Assembly: GCA_946616455.1 (NCBI GenBank)
Contig: CAMOIR010000001.1
Coordinates: forward strand, 1 to 51,357
Length of the DNA: 51,357 nt
Source: an uncultured Candidatus Saccharibacteria bacterium
GTDB taxonomy: Bacteria > Patescibacteriota > Saccharimonadia > Saccharimonadales > Saccharimonadaceae
Direction: 5' to 3'
Part shown: in pieces, positions 8,596 through 18,419 of the stretch
Numbering within the stretch: the first letter of the stretch is position 1
Layout: each line of letters opens with the position of its first letter
Notes under the pieces: generated by a model
Seen by the model: only the letters and a program-made list of their open reading frames with translations
What the model was told of the DNA's origin: nothing
The model's database searches: none
Program-made: the position numbers and the translations under genes

Positions 8596-9594
8596 TTATC
8601 CTCTCGGCGGCTCACCGTCTGGTTCGCCCAGGAGTTTCTTGGATTTTATCTCGTATCTTTTTCCGTTCACGGGCGAAATATAATAGTCCTCATTTAATAG
8701 GTTTACAAACATCGTAAGGTCTTTATCATCCATGATAATAATTGATCCGTCATCATCTGTCATCAGCTCAAGTTGCATTTCATCTGCATAGTCCAGTAAT
8801 TTGTCTTGTGGCATTTCTTCTGCGATGTCCATTGCTTGAACTTTTTTAAGAATCGGTTTTTTATCAATCAAGAGGGAATCAAGCGTCAGTCCTTCCGCAA
8901 ATGAAAGTTTATACTTTTCAGTTAGTTCTTTTGCTTTTGCTTCTGCAATCACCTGTGATTTATAATCATATTGGAATAAATTCTCAAACTTAGCCTGATT
9001 AAACACGATGATAGTACCATCAACTATCGCCACTTGATTATCATCTGGCATTTTCAAGGCAATCTCTGCCGAAAATGGTTCAAACGATTCGCCATTAATT
9101 TCCCAAGAAGTTGCCCCCTTTAGTGCCGCTGAAGCGGGAAGAATCTTTGCGATATAAAAAGTTTCCATTCCATTCTCGCCAGGGTAGGTAAATTTAGCAA
9201 TTATGCCTTTGACTTTTTTAAAATCATACTCGTTTTCGGAAAAGTAATCGATGTCCTTGTATTCGTTTTCGATTAAATGAATCAAAGTCTCGGCACGCCC
9301 AACCTTAGAAAGGGAAGTACGATAAATGACTTTTTCTTCGCCATCAGCACGCTCGTACTCGCGGCATTCTAGACCTTTATCTGCTTCTGTAATAATATAG
9401 GAAATCGCCTCCTGTATAAACATTGCCTTCACAGCACCAGTCAGATTATCTGAATACTTTATCTTGAAAGGGGTGTAGTTTTTATTGAACAAAAAGAGCT
9501 CAGCCGACACGTTGTTTTTGACCTCATCTATTTTGTTCGCCCAGAGAAAAACATCAAATGGCTCTTTTGTATCGCCCTCATTAGTATTATTCAT
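8596..9594 (-). CDS. DUF4868 / Kiwa KwaB-like domain protein
   Basis: Size and C-terminal pattern FENLFQY...MFVNLLNEDYYISPVNGKRYE resemble DUF4868 from memory. Not HMM-verified. Confidence 0.6.
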   Translation of the reverse strand: MNNTNEGDTKEPFDVFLWANKIDEVKNNVSAELFLFNKNYTPFKIKYSDNLTGAVKAMFIQEAISYIITEADKGLECREYERADGEEKVIYRTSLSKVGRAETLIHLIENEYKDIDYFSENEYDFKKVKGIIAKFTYPGENGMETFYIAKILPASAALKGATSWEINGESFEPFSAEIALKMPDDNQVAIVDGTIIVFNQAKFENLFQYDYKSQVIAEAKAKELTEKYKLSFAEGLTLDSLLIDKKPILKKVQAMDIAEEMPQDKLLDYADEMQLELMTDDDGSIIIMDDKDLTMFVNLLNEDYYISPVNGKRYEIKSKKLLGEPDGEPPRG

Positions 9595-9663
9595 ATATTG
9601 TCTCCACTTATTTTTCTCTATTATATCACATTGATTATTAATATCTCATCATGATTCATATAG

Positions 9664-9689
9664 AAAAAAGTGGCCAGGATATGGCCACT
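9664..9689 (-). terminator. Intrinsic terminator of the 9696-10259 gene
   Basis: AGTGGCCA/TGGCCACT stem with an A-tract on the plus strand. Confidence 0.7.
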
Positions 9690-9695
9690 CATGTG

Positions 9696-10259
9696 TTAGT
9701 TGTCCGTAATAGGAACCAAATGGATCAGGCCACCATGGCAGCACCGAAAACCAGCCTCCAACAGACTAGGAGATAAGGGTTTCGTTTCAAGCCTTCCCAA
9801 CTCCTTCTTATAGTACCAGATTCGTTCTTCGGAAAGCCGATCCTTCCGCAGTAATACATGATGCTTGGCAGCGTTATTTGAAAGCCAAGATTCAGCCTTG
9901 TTGTCAGTCCACTCAGTAACCTCGCAGACAGAGCCTTTCAGTCTTTCCCAGAAAAAACCTTCACTGATTTTCATGACATTAATCTTCGAACGAAGCTGCA
10001 ACATGCAGCTATCAAACTCGCTCCTGGAATAATTGTGAAAATTAAACTTTCTTTCCAGAAAACTTCCGGCAGAACTCGCAATATATTCCTGATAAAGTAT
10101 CTGATCTCTCTTATCAAAAGAAGCACCATTCTCAAGGAGTTCCGCGAATTTCATACAATGGCGAAAACCATTCTCTAGTTCCACCAGCTCACCGGCTACA
10201 TCGAGATAGCTCAAAAAAACAAATCTATAAGTTTCTAAGTTACTATTGTTGCCCTGCAT
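9696..10259 (-). CDS. Hypothetical protein
   Basis: ATG at 10259 preceded by GAGGGGTG SD-like sequence and TATAAT. Confidence 0.6.
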   Translation of the reverse strand: MQGNNSNLETYRFVFLSYLDVAGELVELENGFRHCMKFAELLENGASFDKRDQILYQEYIASSAGSFLERKFNFHNYSRSEFDSCMLQLRSKINVMKISEGFFWERLKGSVCEVTEWTDNKAESWLSNNAAKHHVLLRKDRLSEERIWYYKKELGRLETKPLSPSLLEAGFRCCHGGLIHLVPITDN

Positions 10260-10375
10260 TTTTTCACCCCTCTCTTTTTTAGAGTACAACAATCCTTTGA
10301 TTATAACACGAAACGTATCAAAAGTCAACTATAAGAGTTCTAAAACAATAAAAAAATGATAGTGTCAAGTGATAG

Positions 10376-10486
10376 TGTTCGGTTGATTGTTCGGTTTTTA
10401 CTACCCCAGAAAAAGCAACGTGTTCGGTTTTGAAAAACCCACTTGTTCGGCTGCTCAACAGGGGTTTTATCCACACCTGTGGAAAA
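10376..10486. promoter_or_regulatory. Cluster of four TGTTCGG direct repeats plus two inverted DnaA-box-like 9-mers
   Basis: TGTTCGG at 10376, 10388, 10421 and 10444. TTATCCACA at 10467-10475 and TGTGGAAAA at 10478-10486. Confidence 0.5.
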
Positions 10487-10584
10487 CTCGCACATGTAAC
10501 CATTAAATTCTAGCCCTCTACCCCTGTCGTTTTCAGACCATCACCCCTAAAAACAAATTTTCTAAAAAAACTCCAAAAAACCAC

Positions 10585-10613
10585 TTGCATTTTTCAAAAA
10601 TATGTCATACAAT
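10585..10613 (+). promoter_or_regulatory. Sigma70-type promoter
   Basis: TTGCAT-N17-TACAAT. Confidence 0.6.
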
Positions 10614-10619
10614 AAAACC

Positions 10620-10926
10620 AGCGAAATAAATAACAAAAACGCTAAACAAACCGCACATTAAAAAAGTTTGAGATCGACCATCTAGGAGCTTCGCGCGCAT
10701 TAAATCTTAAGCGAGATGCGACAAAAAAATCGTGCGCTCTTTCTCTAAAACACACCTCCCAATAAAAACTCTATATGGTCTAAACCTAAACACAATAAGT
10801 CTCTCAACGGCTACGATTCTATGGTTCGCCCTTAAGACAACCAAAATCGTGGTAGATTATATTGTGTAACACAAAAATCAAACAGAAACAAAACCGCTGA
10901 AGTTTCTAGTTGAACGATCTCAAACG
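10620..10926 (+). ncRNA. Candidate structured RNA or long leader upstream of rsmH
   Basis: Closing stems GTTTGAGATCG/CGATCTCAAAC and CTAGGAGCTTC/GAAGTTTCTAG. Inner stems ACACAATA/TATTGTGT and ACGATT..GGTT/AACC..AATCGT. No long ORF. Confidence 0.5.
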
Positions 10927-10950
10927 TCAGAAACATTGTATAATATATAC

Positions 10951-11829
10951 ATGGAGAAACTACATATCCCAGTGTTATTATCAGAAGTCCTAGCAACCCT
11001 AGAACCGCATCCCGGAGAAAGCTATTTAGATTTAACCGCCGGTTACGGTGGGCATGCTAGTAAGATTTTGGATGTAACACAGCAGTATAAAAACGCTGTT
11101 CTGGTAGATCGCGACGAATTCGCTGTAAGCTATTTAAAGCAGGAATTTCCGTCAAGCGTTACTATCATGAATACTGATTTTTATAATGCAGTGCTGCAGC
11201 TTTTTAAGTGTGGAAAGACTTTTGATTTAATACTAGCGGATTTTGGAGTTTCGTCTCCGCAGCTAGATATGGAAGAACGAGGATTTTCGTTTAAATACGA
11301 TGCGCCTCTGGATATGCGGATGGACAGACGGCAAAAAACTACCGCAGCCGATATTATTAACAAGTATAGCGAAAGGGAACTCGCCGAGTTATTCGTCAAA
11401 TACGGTGAGGAACAAAAGGGTAGTGCCGCAATGTTTGCAAGGGTTATTGTGCATAATCGCCCAATCACCACCACCAAACAACTTGCCGATCTGATTCAGA
11501 CTCGTATCCACGGCTACTTCAAGCACCATCCCGCTACTAAGGTTTTCCAAGCTGTTCGCATAGAGGTGAATCAAGAATTAGAGCAAATAAAAAATACGCT
11601 CCCTCTGTTGCCTAAGCTTTTAAACACTGGTGGACGTGTTGGCGTTATTACTTTTCATAGTCTAGAAGACCGATTGGTTAAGGATTTTTTTAAGGAATCA
11701 GCAAGTTTGGGTGAAGAGTCACCGCTAAGTATAGTAACCAAAAAACCAATCGTTGCGGGACCCCAGGAGTTAGTTATCAACCCGCGAGCTAGAAGCGCCA
11801 AACTGCGAGTAGCAAAAAAGCGGTATTGA
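10951..11829 (+). CDS. rsmH: 16S rRNA m4C1402 methyltransferase
   Basis: HIPVLL, DLTAGYGGH, DFGVSSPQLD, PLDMRMD, ITFHSLEDRLVK, NPRARSAKLR. Confidence 0.96.
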   Translation: MEKLHIPVLLSEVLATLEPHPGESYLDLTAGYGGHASKILDVTQQYKNAVLVDRDEFAVSYLKQEFPSSVTIMNTDFYNAVLQLFKCGKTFDLILADFGVSSPQLDMEERGFSFKYDAPLDMRMDRRQKTTAADIINKYSERELAELFVKYGEEQKGSAAMFARVIVHNRPITTTKQLADLIQTRIHGYFKHHPATKVFQAVRIEVNQELEQIKNTLPLLPKLLNTGGRVGVITFHSLEDRLVKDFFKESASLGEESPLSIVTKKPIVAGPQELVINPRARSAKLRVAKKRY

Positions 11830-11863
11830 TAAAATAAAAAATTAACACAAAAAGGAGGCAGTT

Positions 11864-11929
11864 ATGCCAAAACAAATCGTAGTTGCGAACAAATCTCGCA
11901 AACAAACCGTTAAGGTAAATTTCCGCTAG
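11864..11929 (+). CDS. Candidate 21-aa small peptide MPKQIVVANKSRKQTVKVNFR
   Basis: AGGAGG SD 5 nt before the ATG. Followed by a dense hairpin array. Confidence 0.45.
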   Translation: MPKQIVVANKSRKQTVKVNFR

Positions 11930-12103
11930 TCTCCCTTACCTTGGGCGAGTTAACAGTTAACTCGCCCAAGCTTCCGGGACTAGATGATATGGACCTAAAC
12001 GGTCCACCAATTTAGAGTTTTCACACGGAGAGTGTGGAGTGTATGACCTTCCCGGGGAAACTATTATAAGTCACTTATAGCTCTGCTTATAACAAGCCCC
12101 CGG
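11926..12103 (+). other. Multi-hairpin intercistronic structure including a 31-nt near-perfect palindrome
   Basis: CTTGGGCGAGTTAAC-A-GTTAACTCGCCCAAG (11940-11970), TGGACC/GGTCCA, CACAC/GTGTG, CCGGGG/CCCCGG. Confidence 0.6.
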
Positions 12104-12157
12104 ACTAAGACGAAAAACAAAAAAACAATAAAATAAAAACAAACCAGCGAGGAAAAA

Positions 12158-12511
12158 ATGATAAGCCAAACAACAACCTATGTTACAAGACGTGAAGCAA
12201 TCGGAAACGGATTCGCACGCAATCGCAATACCGTTCGATATACCAAGAGGAATCTCGGTTCGATCTCTCAAATTGTTATCGTCGGCATGCTTACCTTAAT
12301 TTTTGGCTTAATCTACGTCGCAGAAGGCACTAAGGCTACTAGTTTTGATTATGAATTATCTGCTGTCGAATCTGAAATCACCGAAATGAATGCCAAAAAA
12401 GAAGACCTCGCTGTAGAAAAAGCGCGCCTCAACTCCGTCGCTACAGCACGTACTAGTACTGTTGCTGCTGCCATGGAAGACGCCACGGTAACCGGATATG
12501 CCACGGAATAG
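12158..12511 (+). CDS. ftsL: FtsL-like cell division protein
   Basis: Single TM helix plus coiled coil, located between rsmH and the PBP gene. Confidence 0.6.
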   Translation: MISQTTTYVTRREAIGNGFARNRNTVRYTKRNLGSISQIVIVGMLTLIFGLIYVAEGTKATSFDYELSAVESEITEMNAKKEDLAVEKARLNSVATARTSTVAAAMEDATVTGYATE

Positions 12512-14291
12512 TATTAAAAAAGACAATCTAAAGAATAACAATTCAAATGTTCTAAAACACCGTATTAAATTGCTAAAAGCTACAGTTTTTGCATGCGTCG
12601 CAATCATATTAGTACGGTTATTTTTTATTCAAATCATTGAACATGGTAGTTGGGTAGCAAAAGCTGACGAGCAACACACAATCCTCGAAACCATCACTCC
12701 AAAGCGTGGTGAGATATACATGATGGACAAAGGGGAACCGGTAACAGTAGTCTTGAATCAAACTACCTACGAAGTTGTCATTGATCCGACCGTAACAAAA
12801 AAAGAAGACATTGAAAAAGTTGCAAATGATTACGTCAAAGACTATTTAGTTAATGATATTGATGAAGTTTATAATCAAACTGGTCTCAGATACTCAATTA
12901 TTGCTAAAAACATACCAAGAAATATCGCTGAGCAAATTGCAGATTCAGGCATTCCGGCTATTTGGCTGAAAAAAATCAACCAACGGGTATATCCAGAAAA
13001 CGAATTGGGTTCTAGTTTGCTTGGCTTTATGAATTCAGATGGCATTGGCCAGTATGGTGTAGAAGGCTCACTAAACGATGTTTTGACAGGGAAAGAAGGT
13101 TTAATTAAAACTACCGCCGACGTCAATAAGGTCGCATTATCTATTGGTAATGATAATGTCAAGATTCCTGCTGAAGACGGAAAAAATATCGTCCTATCTA
13201 TAGATCGCGGGCTTGAGCGTGGTGTCGAAGAAATCTCTAGTGAAATCATTGAATCATCTGCGGCTACCAATGCTGCGGTTTTGATCATGAATCCTAGGAA
13301 TGGACAAGTTTTAGCTATGAGCAGCCTCCCAAATTACAATCCGGCTAGATATAGTCAAATTGAAGATGCATCTATCTATCTAAACCAAACTACAGATGTT
13401 CCATATGAACCAGCTTCAATCTGCAAAAACTTTGCCTTCTCGGCTGCCATTAATGAAGGCGTCATGACTAGTGATACCACTTATTTCAATCAAGGTTATG
13501 AAATCGTTGATGATTGGAAAATCGATAACGCGGAACAACGCTCTAGCCTGTACGGTACACTTACAATGAAAGATGCACTTTATTGGTCACTTAATACCGG
13601 CTCAATTTACGCACTTAAATTACTTGGAGGTAATCCAAATTCCATCAATCAACAAGGGCGTGAAAAGCTGTACGATTATTATCACAACAAATTTCGTCTA
13701 GGACAAATAACTGGTATCGAATTATTTGAAGCTGAAGGAATGATACCTGACCCAAATGAAGGTTGGGGCCGTGACTCAACCTATGCTAACATGACTTTTG
13801 GTCAAAACGTCGGCCTTACAATGGTTCAGACTGCCTCCGCCTTCTCAGCTGTCGTAAATGGTGGTACTTGGTACACTCCAACTGTCGTAAAGGGTTATTA
13901 TCAAGATGGCAAAATCACTAATCCAGACGATATTCGTGAGAAGAACCCATTAATAGAAGATAAAATCTTGTCAGATGAGACTTCGGCTATGATGCGAGAT
14001 ATGCTAATTAACAACCGCAGCTATAAAGGAGATCGCCCAGGGTTTTCCATTGGTGGTAAATCTGGCACAGCTCAGGTGATTAGAAATGGTGCATATGACG
14101 ATAGTTTTTCGGAACTAGTAGGTTCTTATATTGGATTTATTGCGCCATCCGGAGAAATGCCAGAGTATATTATTATGACCAAGATGTGGGGGGAAGGGCA
14201 GAGCATCGGTAGTGGCGAGGCGATGAATTTATTCGATGCACTTTCAGGCTTCCTTATCGATTATTATAAGATTAAACCAGGAGCAGCATGA
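12498..14291 (+). CDS. ftsI: Class B penicillin-binding protein (FtsI/PBP2 type)
   Basis: N-terminal TM, RGEIY, G.YGVE, active-site SICK, SLN and KSGTAQ motifs. Confidence 0.9.
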   Translation: MPRNSIKKDNLKNNNSNVLKHRIKLLKATVFACVAIILVRLFFIQIIEHGSWVAKADEQHTILETITPKRGEIYMMDKGEPVTVVLNQTTYEVVIDPTVTKKEDIEKVANDYVKDYLVNDIDEVYNQTGLRYSIIAKNIPRNIAEQIADSGIPAIWLKKINQRVYPENELGSSLLGFMNSDGIGQYGVEGSLNDVLTGKEGLIKTTADVNKVALSIGNDNVKIPAEDGKNIVLSIDRGLERGVEEISSEIIESSAATNAAVLIMNPRNGQVLAMSSLPNYNPARYSQIEDASIYLNQTTDVPYEPASICKNFAFSAAINEGVMTSDTTYFNQGYEIVDDWKIDNAEQRSSLYGTLTMKDALYWSLNTGSIYALKLLGGNPNSINQQGREKLYDYYHNKFRLGQITGIELFEAEGMIPDPNEGWGRDSTYANMTFGQNVGLTMVQTASAFSAVVNGGTWYTPTVVKGYYQDGKITNPDDIREKNPLIEDKILSDETSAMMRDMLINNRSYKGDRPGFSIGGKSGTAQVIRNGAYDDSFSELVGSYIGFIAPSGEMPEYIIMTKMWGEGQSIGSGEAMNLFDALSGFLIDYYKIKPGAA

Positions 14292-14364
14292 ACAATAGCT
14301 ACCTATGTTATTTAGGTATACGTTAAGTTAATAACAACGGTTGCTGTTATGCTATAATATACGT

Positions 14365-15387
14365 ATGACTTTGAATGATGAAATGTTTTATGGTTTAATA
14401 CTGGCACTAGCTAGCTTTTTAACTTCCATGGCCCTTACACCGTTCTATACTCATTTTGCATACAAGTATAAGTTTTGGAAGAAGCAAAAACAGACGACGG
14501 TAGATGGTAAATCGCTGCCCATCATGACTAAACTACATGCCCACAAATTCAAACACGTTTTTCCTACCATGGCAGGACTAGTTGGTGTCCTTTCTGTTAC
14601 AATCATTACGTGGGCCTTTAATCTTGATAGAGGCCAAACCTGGTTGCCACTCGTCGGATTTTTGGGAGGCGCTCTAGTGGGTGTCATCGATGATATCATT
14701 AATATTTTTGGTTCAGGACGTGGGGCGGCAGGCTTACGTGGCCCAGTTAAGTTTCTTTTAATTAGTCTAGTCGGATTATTACTTGGATGGTTCTTCGCCG
14801 TTAAACTCGGTTGGACAGGAATTCAAGTTCCATTTGTTGGTAACTTTACAATCGGCGTCGTATGGATGATTTTGATTTTTGCCTTTGCGGTCGTTGCAAC
14901 ATCAAATGCCGTCAATATCTCAGATGGCTTGGACGGCTTATCTGGTGGTCTAGCTATGATTTCATATGGAGCATTTGGTGTGATATCTCTGTTTCAGGGC
15001 AATGTTTTGCTCTTTGGCTTTTGTATGACGGTGGTAGGCTGGCTCCTCTCGTATATTTGGTTCAATGTGCCACCAGCTCGTTTTATGATGGGTGACACCG
15101 GTTCGTTTGCTCTTGGTGCTGGACTTGGGGTAGTGGCTATGATGACAAATGCATTCTTGCTCCTCCCAATTATAGGTTTGCCATTTGTGATTGAGGCTGG
15201 CTCTTCTTTATTGCAACTAACTTCCAAAAAACTCTTTCACCATAAAATATTCATTTCCGCACCTCTCCACCATCACCTAGAAGCTAAAGGCTGGGGTGAA
15301 GCTAAAATTGTGATGCGTTTTTGGATTATTGCCGGTGTTTGCGCAATAGTGGGCATTTTTGTCGCTGCCACCGGAGGTGTTTTATGA
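14365..15387 (+). CDS. mraY: Phospho-N-acetylmuramoyl-pentapeptide transferase
   Basis: PTMAG, IDD, SNAVNISDGLDGL, FMMGDTGS, APLHHHLE. Confidence 0.95.
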   Translation: MTLNDEMFYGLILALASFLTSMALTPFYTHFAYKYKFWKKQKQTTVDGKSLPIMTKLHAHKFKHVFPTMAGLVGVLSVTIITWAFNLDRGQTWLPLVGFLGGALVGVIDDIINIFGSGRGAAGLRGPVKFLLISLVGLLLGWFFAVKLGWTGIQVPFVGNFTIGVVWMILIFAFAVVATSNAVNISDGLDGLSGGLAMISYGAFGVISLFQGNVLLFGFCMTVVGWLLSYIWFNVPPARFMMGDTGSFALGAGLGVVAMMTNAFLLLPIIGLPFVIEAGSSLLQLTSKKLFHHKIFISAPLHHHLEAKGWGEAKIVMRFWIIAGVCAIVGIFVAATGGVL

Positions 15388-16616
15388 AAACCCGCAAGCA
15401 TAAATCAGATCTAATTATTCTGTTTTCCACATTAGGATTAATGGCTCTAGGTCTCATCACTATTTATGCCATCGGCCCAATGCGCGCACAGGTTCTCAAC
15501 TCTACCTATGGAACAAACTACGACTCAAACTATTTCTTTCTTGGACAGCTTCGGTCGGTTGCTTTAGCATTGGTCGCATTTTTTGCCGCTTTTAAATGGA
15601 TACCTTATGATTATCTTAAAAAATTTGCCAAACCATTAATGATTGTTGCACTTATTCTATCGGGGTTATTATGGTTATTGGCCCTGACCGGTTCAAGTTT
15701 AGCCAAATGTGAATTGGGCGAGTGTCGTTGGTTTAATTTTGGTGTATTTAGCTTTCAACCAGCAGAGCTATTAAAACTCGCTTTAGTAATATATATGGCC
15801 GATTTTATCGCACGCAAAAAAGAAGAGGGAACAATCGGCAATTGGAAAGAGTTTTGGCTTCCTCTCATTGTCGTCTGCGGATTGGCTTTACTTATGGTTA
15901 TTAAAGCACAGGGAGATCTTGGCACGGGTGTGGCGTTAATCTCAATCATTTTTGGTACCTTATTCGCTTCCGGTATTTCGTCTAAACAATATCTAATCAT
16001 GGTAGCAGTTGTACTTATAGGTGCCGTAGGGGCAATTATTAGTTCGCCGCATCGCATGGAACGTGTTGATGCCTGGGTTGCTACAATTTCTGGTGATGAG
16101 GGAACCGACTCTACCTATCACATTAATAATGCCATGTTAGCTATCGGTGTCGGAGGAATGTTTGGCGTCGGTATTGGAAACTCCGTTCAAGCAACCGGTT
16201 ATCTACCTGAGTCAATCAACGACTCTGTTTTTGCAATTATGGGTGAAACATTTGGTTTTGTGGGATTATTTCTTGTAATCCTAGTTTTTACTGCTCTCTT
16301 AACACGAATGTTGAAGGTCGCAGAGTATACCCAAGATTACGAAAACCGGCTGCTGATCGTAGGTGTCTTCGCTTGGACTCTTGCACAGATTGTTGTAAAT
16401 ATTATGGCAATGACTGGTTTGGTGCCAGTTACCGGTATTACCTTACCGCTCTTATCATATGGTGGTACCAGCATTATCTTTATTGCTTTTGCTATTGGCT
16501 TGGTTTTACAACTTTCGTGTTATACTAGTAGGGAGGTAATTGTAAAAAATGAAAGTATTAGTAGTCGGCGGGGGGAGCGGAGGTCATATCACTCCAGCCG
16601 TCGCCGTAGTTCGTGA
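15384..16616 (+). CDS. ftsW: SEDS peptidoglycan polymerase FtsW/RodA
   Basis: RWF...SFQPAELLK, DLGT, LPESINDSVF, PVTGITLPLLSYGGTS. Confidence 0.9.
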   Translation: MKTRKHKSDLIILFSTLGLMALGLITIYAIGPMRAQVLNSTYGTNYDSNYFFLGQLRSVALALVAFFAAFKWIPYDYLKKFAKPLMIVALILSGLLWLLALTGSSLAKCELGECRWFNFGVFSFQPAELLKLALVIYMADFIARKKEEGTIGNWKEFWLPLIVVCGLALLMVIKAQGDLGTGVALISIIFGTLFASGISSKQYLIMVAVVLIGAVGAIISSPHRMERVDAWVATISGDEGTDSTYHINNAMLAIGVGGMFGVGIGNSVQATGYLPESINDSVFAIMGETFGFVGLFLVILVFTALLTRMLKVAEYTQDYENRLLIVGVFAWTLAQIVVNIMAMTGLVPVTGITLPLLSYGGTSIIFIAFAIGLVLQLSCYTSREVIVKNESISSRRGERRSYHSSRRRSS

Positions 16617-17781
16617 GCTTCTTATAGAAAAACCTAGAGCTAGGGTTGAGTTTTGGACTGATTTTAAATACTACAAAAACGTCACCAAGCTGACCACCGA
16701 GATCGGTGTAGCTTGGGATGACAGTATCAAGACTAAGCATAAAAGTAATTACATCAGAGTACGTAGAGTTCCTTCTGGCAAATTTCATCGCTATGCTAAC
16801 TGGTCTTTTCGTGATTATTTTACGCATTTCGATATTACCCTAAAAGACCTAATTATTGGCAATATTTTTGGTTTCCTCGGCTTTCTTGCCGGACTTTGTA
16901 CTAGTTTTTTTAGACTACTTCGCAAAAAAACTCGCCCAGATGTTATTTTTCTAAAGGGGGGATATGTCTGCCTACCCATTGGTCTAGTTGCACGCATATT
17001 TAAAATCCCCTACATCATACATGAGTCCGACTCAGTGGCAGGCCTTGCCAATCGTATTCTCATGAAAAAAGCCGCAAAAGTAGCATTTGGCGTACCACTT
17101 TCCGATGAAGTATTAGAACGTCATCCAAACTATGTTTGGACTGGTATACCGGTGGGCGCTGAGTTTAAATCAGTCAGTCCAACCAAACAATTATCTCTCA
17201 AAAAAGCCTTTTCATTTAATCCAGATAAACCGCTTGTAGTTATCACTGGTGGCTCTCAAGGTTCTGAGAACCTTAATACGGCAGTCAGGGCTATTTTACC
17301 AAGTCTTCTTAAGATTACGTCCGTAGGATTGGTTGCTGGCCGCAAGCATTACGAAGATATGACCGATCTTAAAAAGTACGAGAACTGGGACCATGCAAGC
17401 CTTGAGTCTAATTTTAGGATGTGGGAGTTTAATACAACCATGAATGAACTAATGGGCGCAGCAGATGTTGTCGTATCCAGAGCTGGAGCTACAACAATCG
17501 CAGAGCTTGCCGCACTCAAAAAAGCCGTTATTTTGGTGCCGTTTGAGCGTTTGCCGGGTGGTCACCAGACCAAAAACGCTGAGAGGCTAAAAGAAATCAA
17601 CGCCGCCGTTTATCTAGGCGATATGGAAATGATGAAGGATCCTAGTAAGCTATTACAAGAAATACAGCACCTAATCAAATCACCTAGACTACGTGCCGAT
17701 ATGGCAGATAGGCTACACGAAGAGGCACGCTCAGATGCCGCCAAACGTCTTGCTATGATTATTATTGAGGAAACAGCTTAA
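16549..17781 (+). CDS. murG: UDP-GlcNAc:lipid I transferase
   Basis: GGGSGGHITP, KGGYV, HESD, GGSQGS, SRAGATTIAE, HQTKNA. Confidence 0.93.
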   Translation: MKVLVVGGGSGGHITPAVAVVRELLIEKPRARVEFWTDFKYYKNVTKLTTEIGVAWDDSIKTKHKSNYIRVRRVPSGKFHRYANWSFRDYFTHFDITLKDLIIGNIFGFLGFLAGLCTSFFRLLRKKTRPDVIFLKGGYVCLPIGLVARIFKIPYIIHESDSVAGLANRILMKKAAKVAFGVPLSDEVLERHPNYVWTGIPVGAEFKSVSPTKQLSLKKAFSFNPDKPLVVITGGSQGSENLNTAVRAILPSLLKITSVGLVAGRKHYEDMTDLKKYENWDHASLESNFRMWEFNTTMNELMGAADVVVSRAGATTIAELAALKKAVILVPFERLPGGHQTKNAERLKEINAAVYLGDMEMMKDPSKLLQEIQHLIKSPRLRADMADRLHEEARSDAAKRLAMIIIEETA

Positions 17782-17782
17782 T

Positions 17783-18409
17783 ATGAAGGAGTCTAAATCG
17801 CCACAAGGCACTCCGCCTAAACTAGTTAATCGTCGTGACAATCGCAAATCAACTTTTAAATCTGGTCTAACTATTGGAGAAAAAAGAGAAAAGCTTGAAA
17901 CTGCCAACGAAAGGGAAGCAGCACGCAAAAAAGACAAAAAGAAAAAAACCACACGCGTCCTACTTACGACATTTGGCTTTATGGGTCTAGTATTGTTGCT
18001 TATATGCCTAGCATCATCTTTTTTTAGTCAAGGCAACAACGAAATATCGCCAGAAGAAACAACTACCTCAGCCGAAGTCTCTAAGCCAACGGCGGAGATA
18101 ATCGACGAAAATCATACCGCCGACAACAGCAAAATCACCTCTCGTATGTATGATTACATTGGCAAAGTCGAGGCAGACTTGCGTGACCTAGGGTATCACG
18201 TAATAAAAGTAGTGATTCCAAGTGGCTCCATACGTGTAATCAACGTGTACCTAGAAGGGTATTCTGGTTATATAAAAATGACCATCGATCGTGGCTCGGC
18301 CGTATCGGCAGAGGATACGGACCGAATGCTCAAGTATCTTGCCTCTATCGGAATTTCTGACTACCAGTATATTGACGTTAGAATAGATGGTAGAGCGTTC
18401 TGGCAGTAA
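17783..18409 (+). CDS. FtsQ/DivIB-like membrane-anchored protein
   Basis: Basic N-terminus, one TM helix, C-terminal YIDVRIDGRAFW typical of FtsQ. Located after murG. Confidence 0.6.
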   Translation: MKESKSPQGTPPKLVNRRDNRKSTFKSGLTIGEKREKLETANEREAARKKDKKKKTTRVLLTTFGFMGLVLLLICLASSFFSQGNNEISPEETTTSAEVSKPTAEIIDENHTADNSKITSRMYDYIGKVEADLRDLGYHVIKVVIPSGSIRVINVYLEGYSGYIKMTIDRGSAVSAEDTDRMLKYLASIGISDYQYIDVRIDGRAFWQ

Positions 18410-18419
18410 TACTAAAAAG

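Noticed and set aside
10460-10490. oriC call from DnaA-box-like 9-mers
   Set aside because: Only two boxes, no dnaA/dnaN nearby, and a dif-like site 8.5 kb away argues against it. GC skew could not be computed.
10620-10926. RNase P, tmRNA or DGR template repeat identity for the A-rich structured region
   Set aside because: Lacks the GAGGAAAGUCC core and tRNA-like ends, and has no similarity to the putative VR at 900-1097.
16549-16616. 68-bp ftsW/murG overlap as a recoding signal
   Set aside because: Both genes are complete. The overlapping FtsW tail is low-information read-through, and no slippery site is needed.
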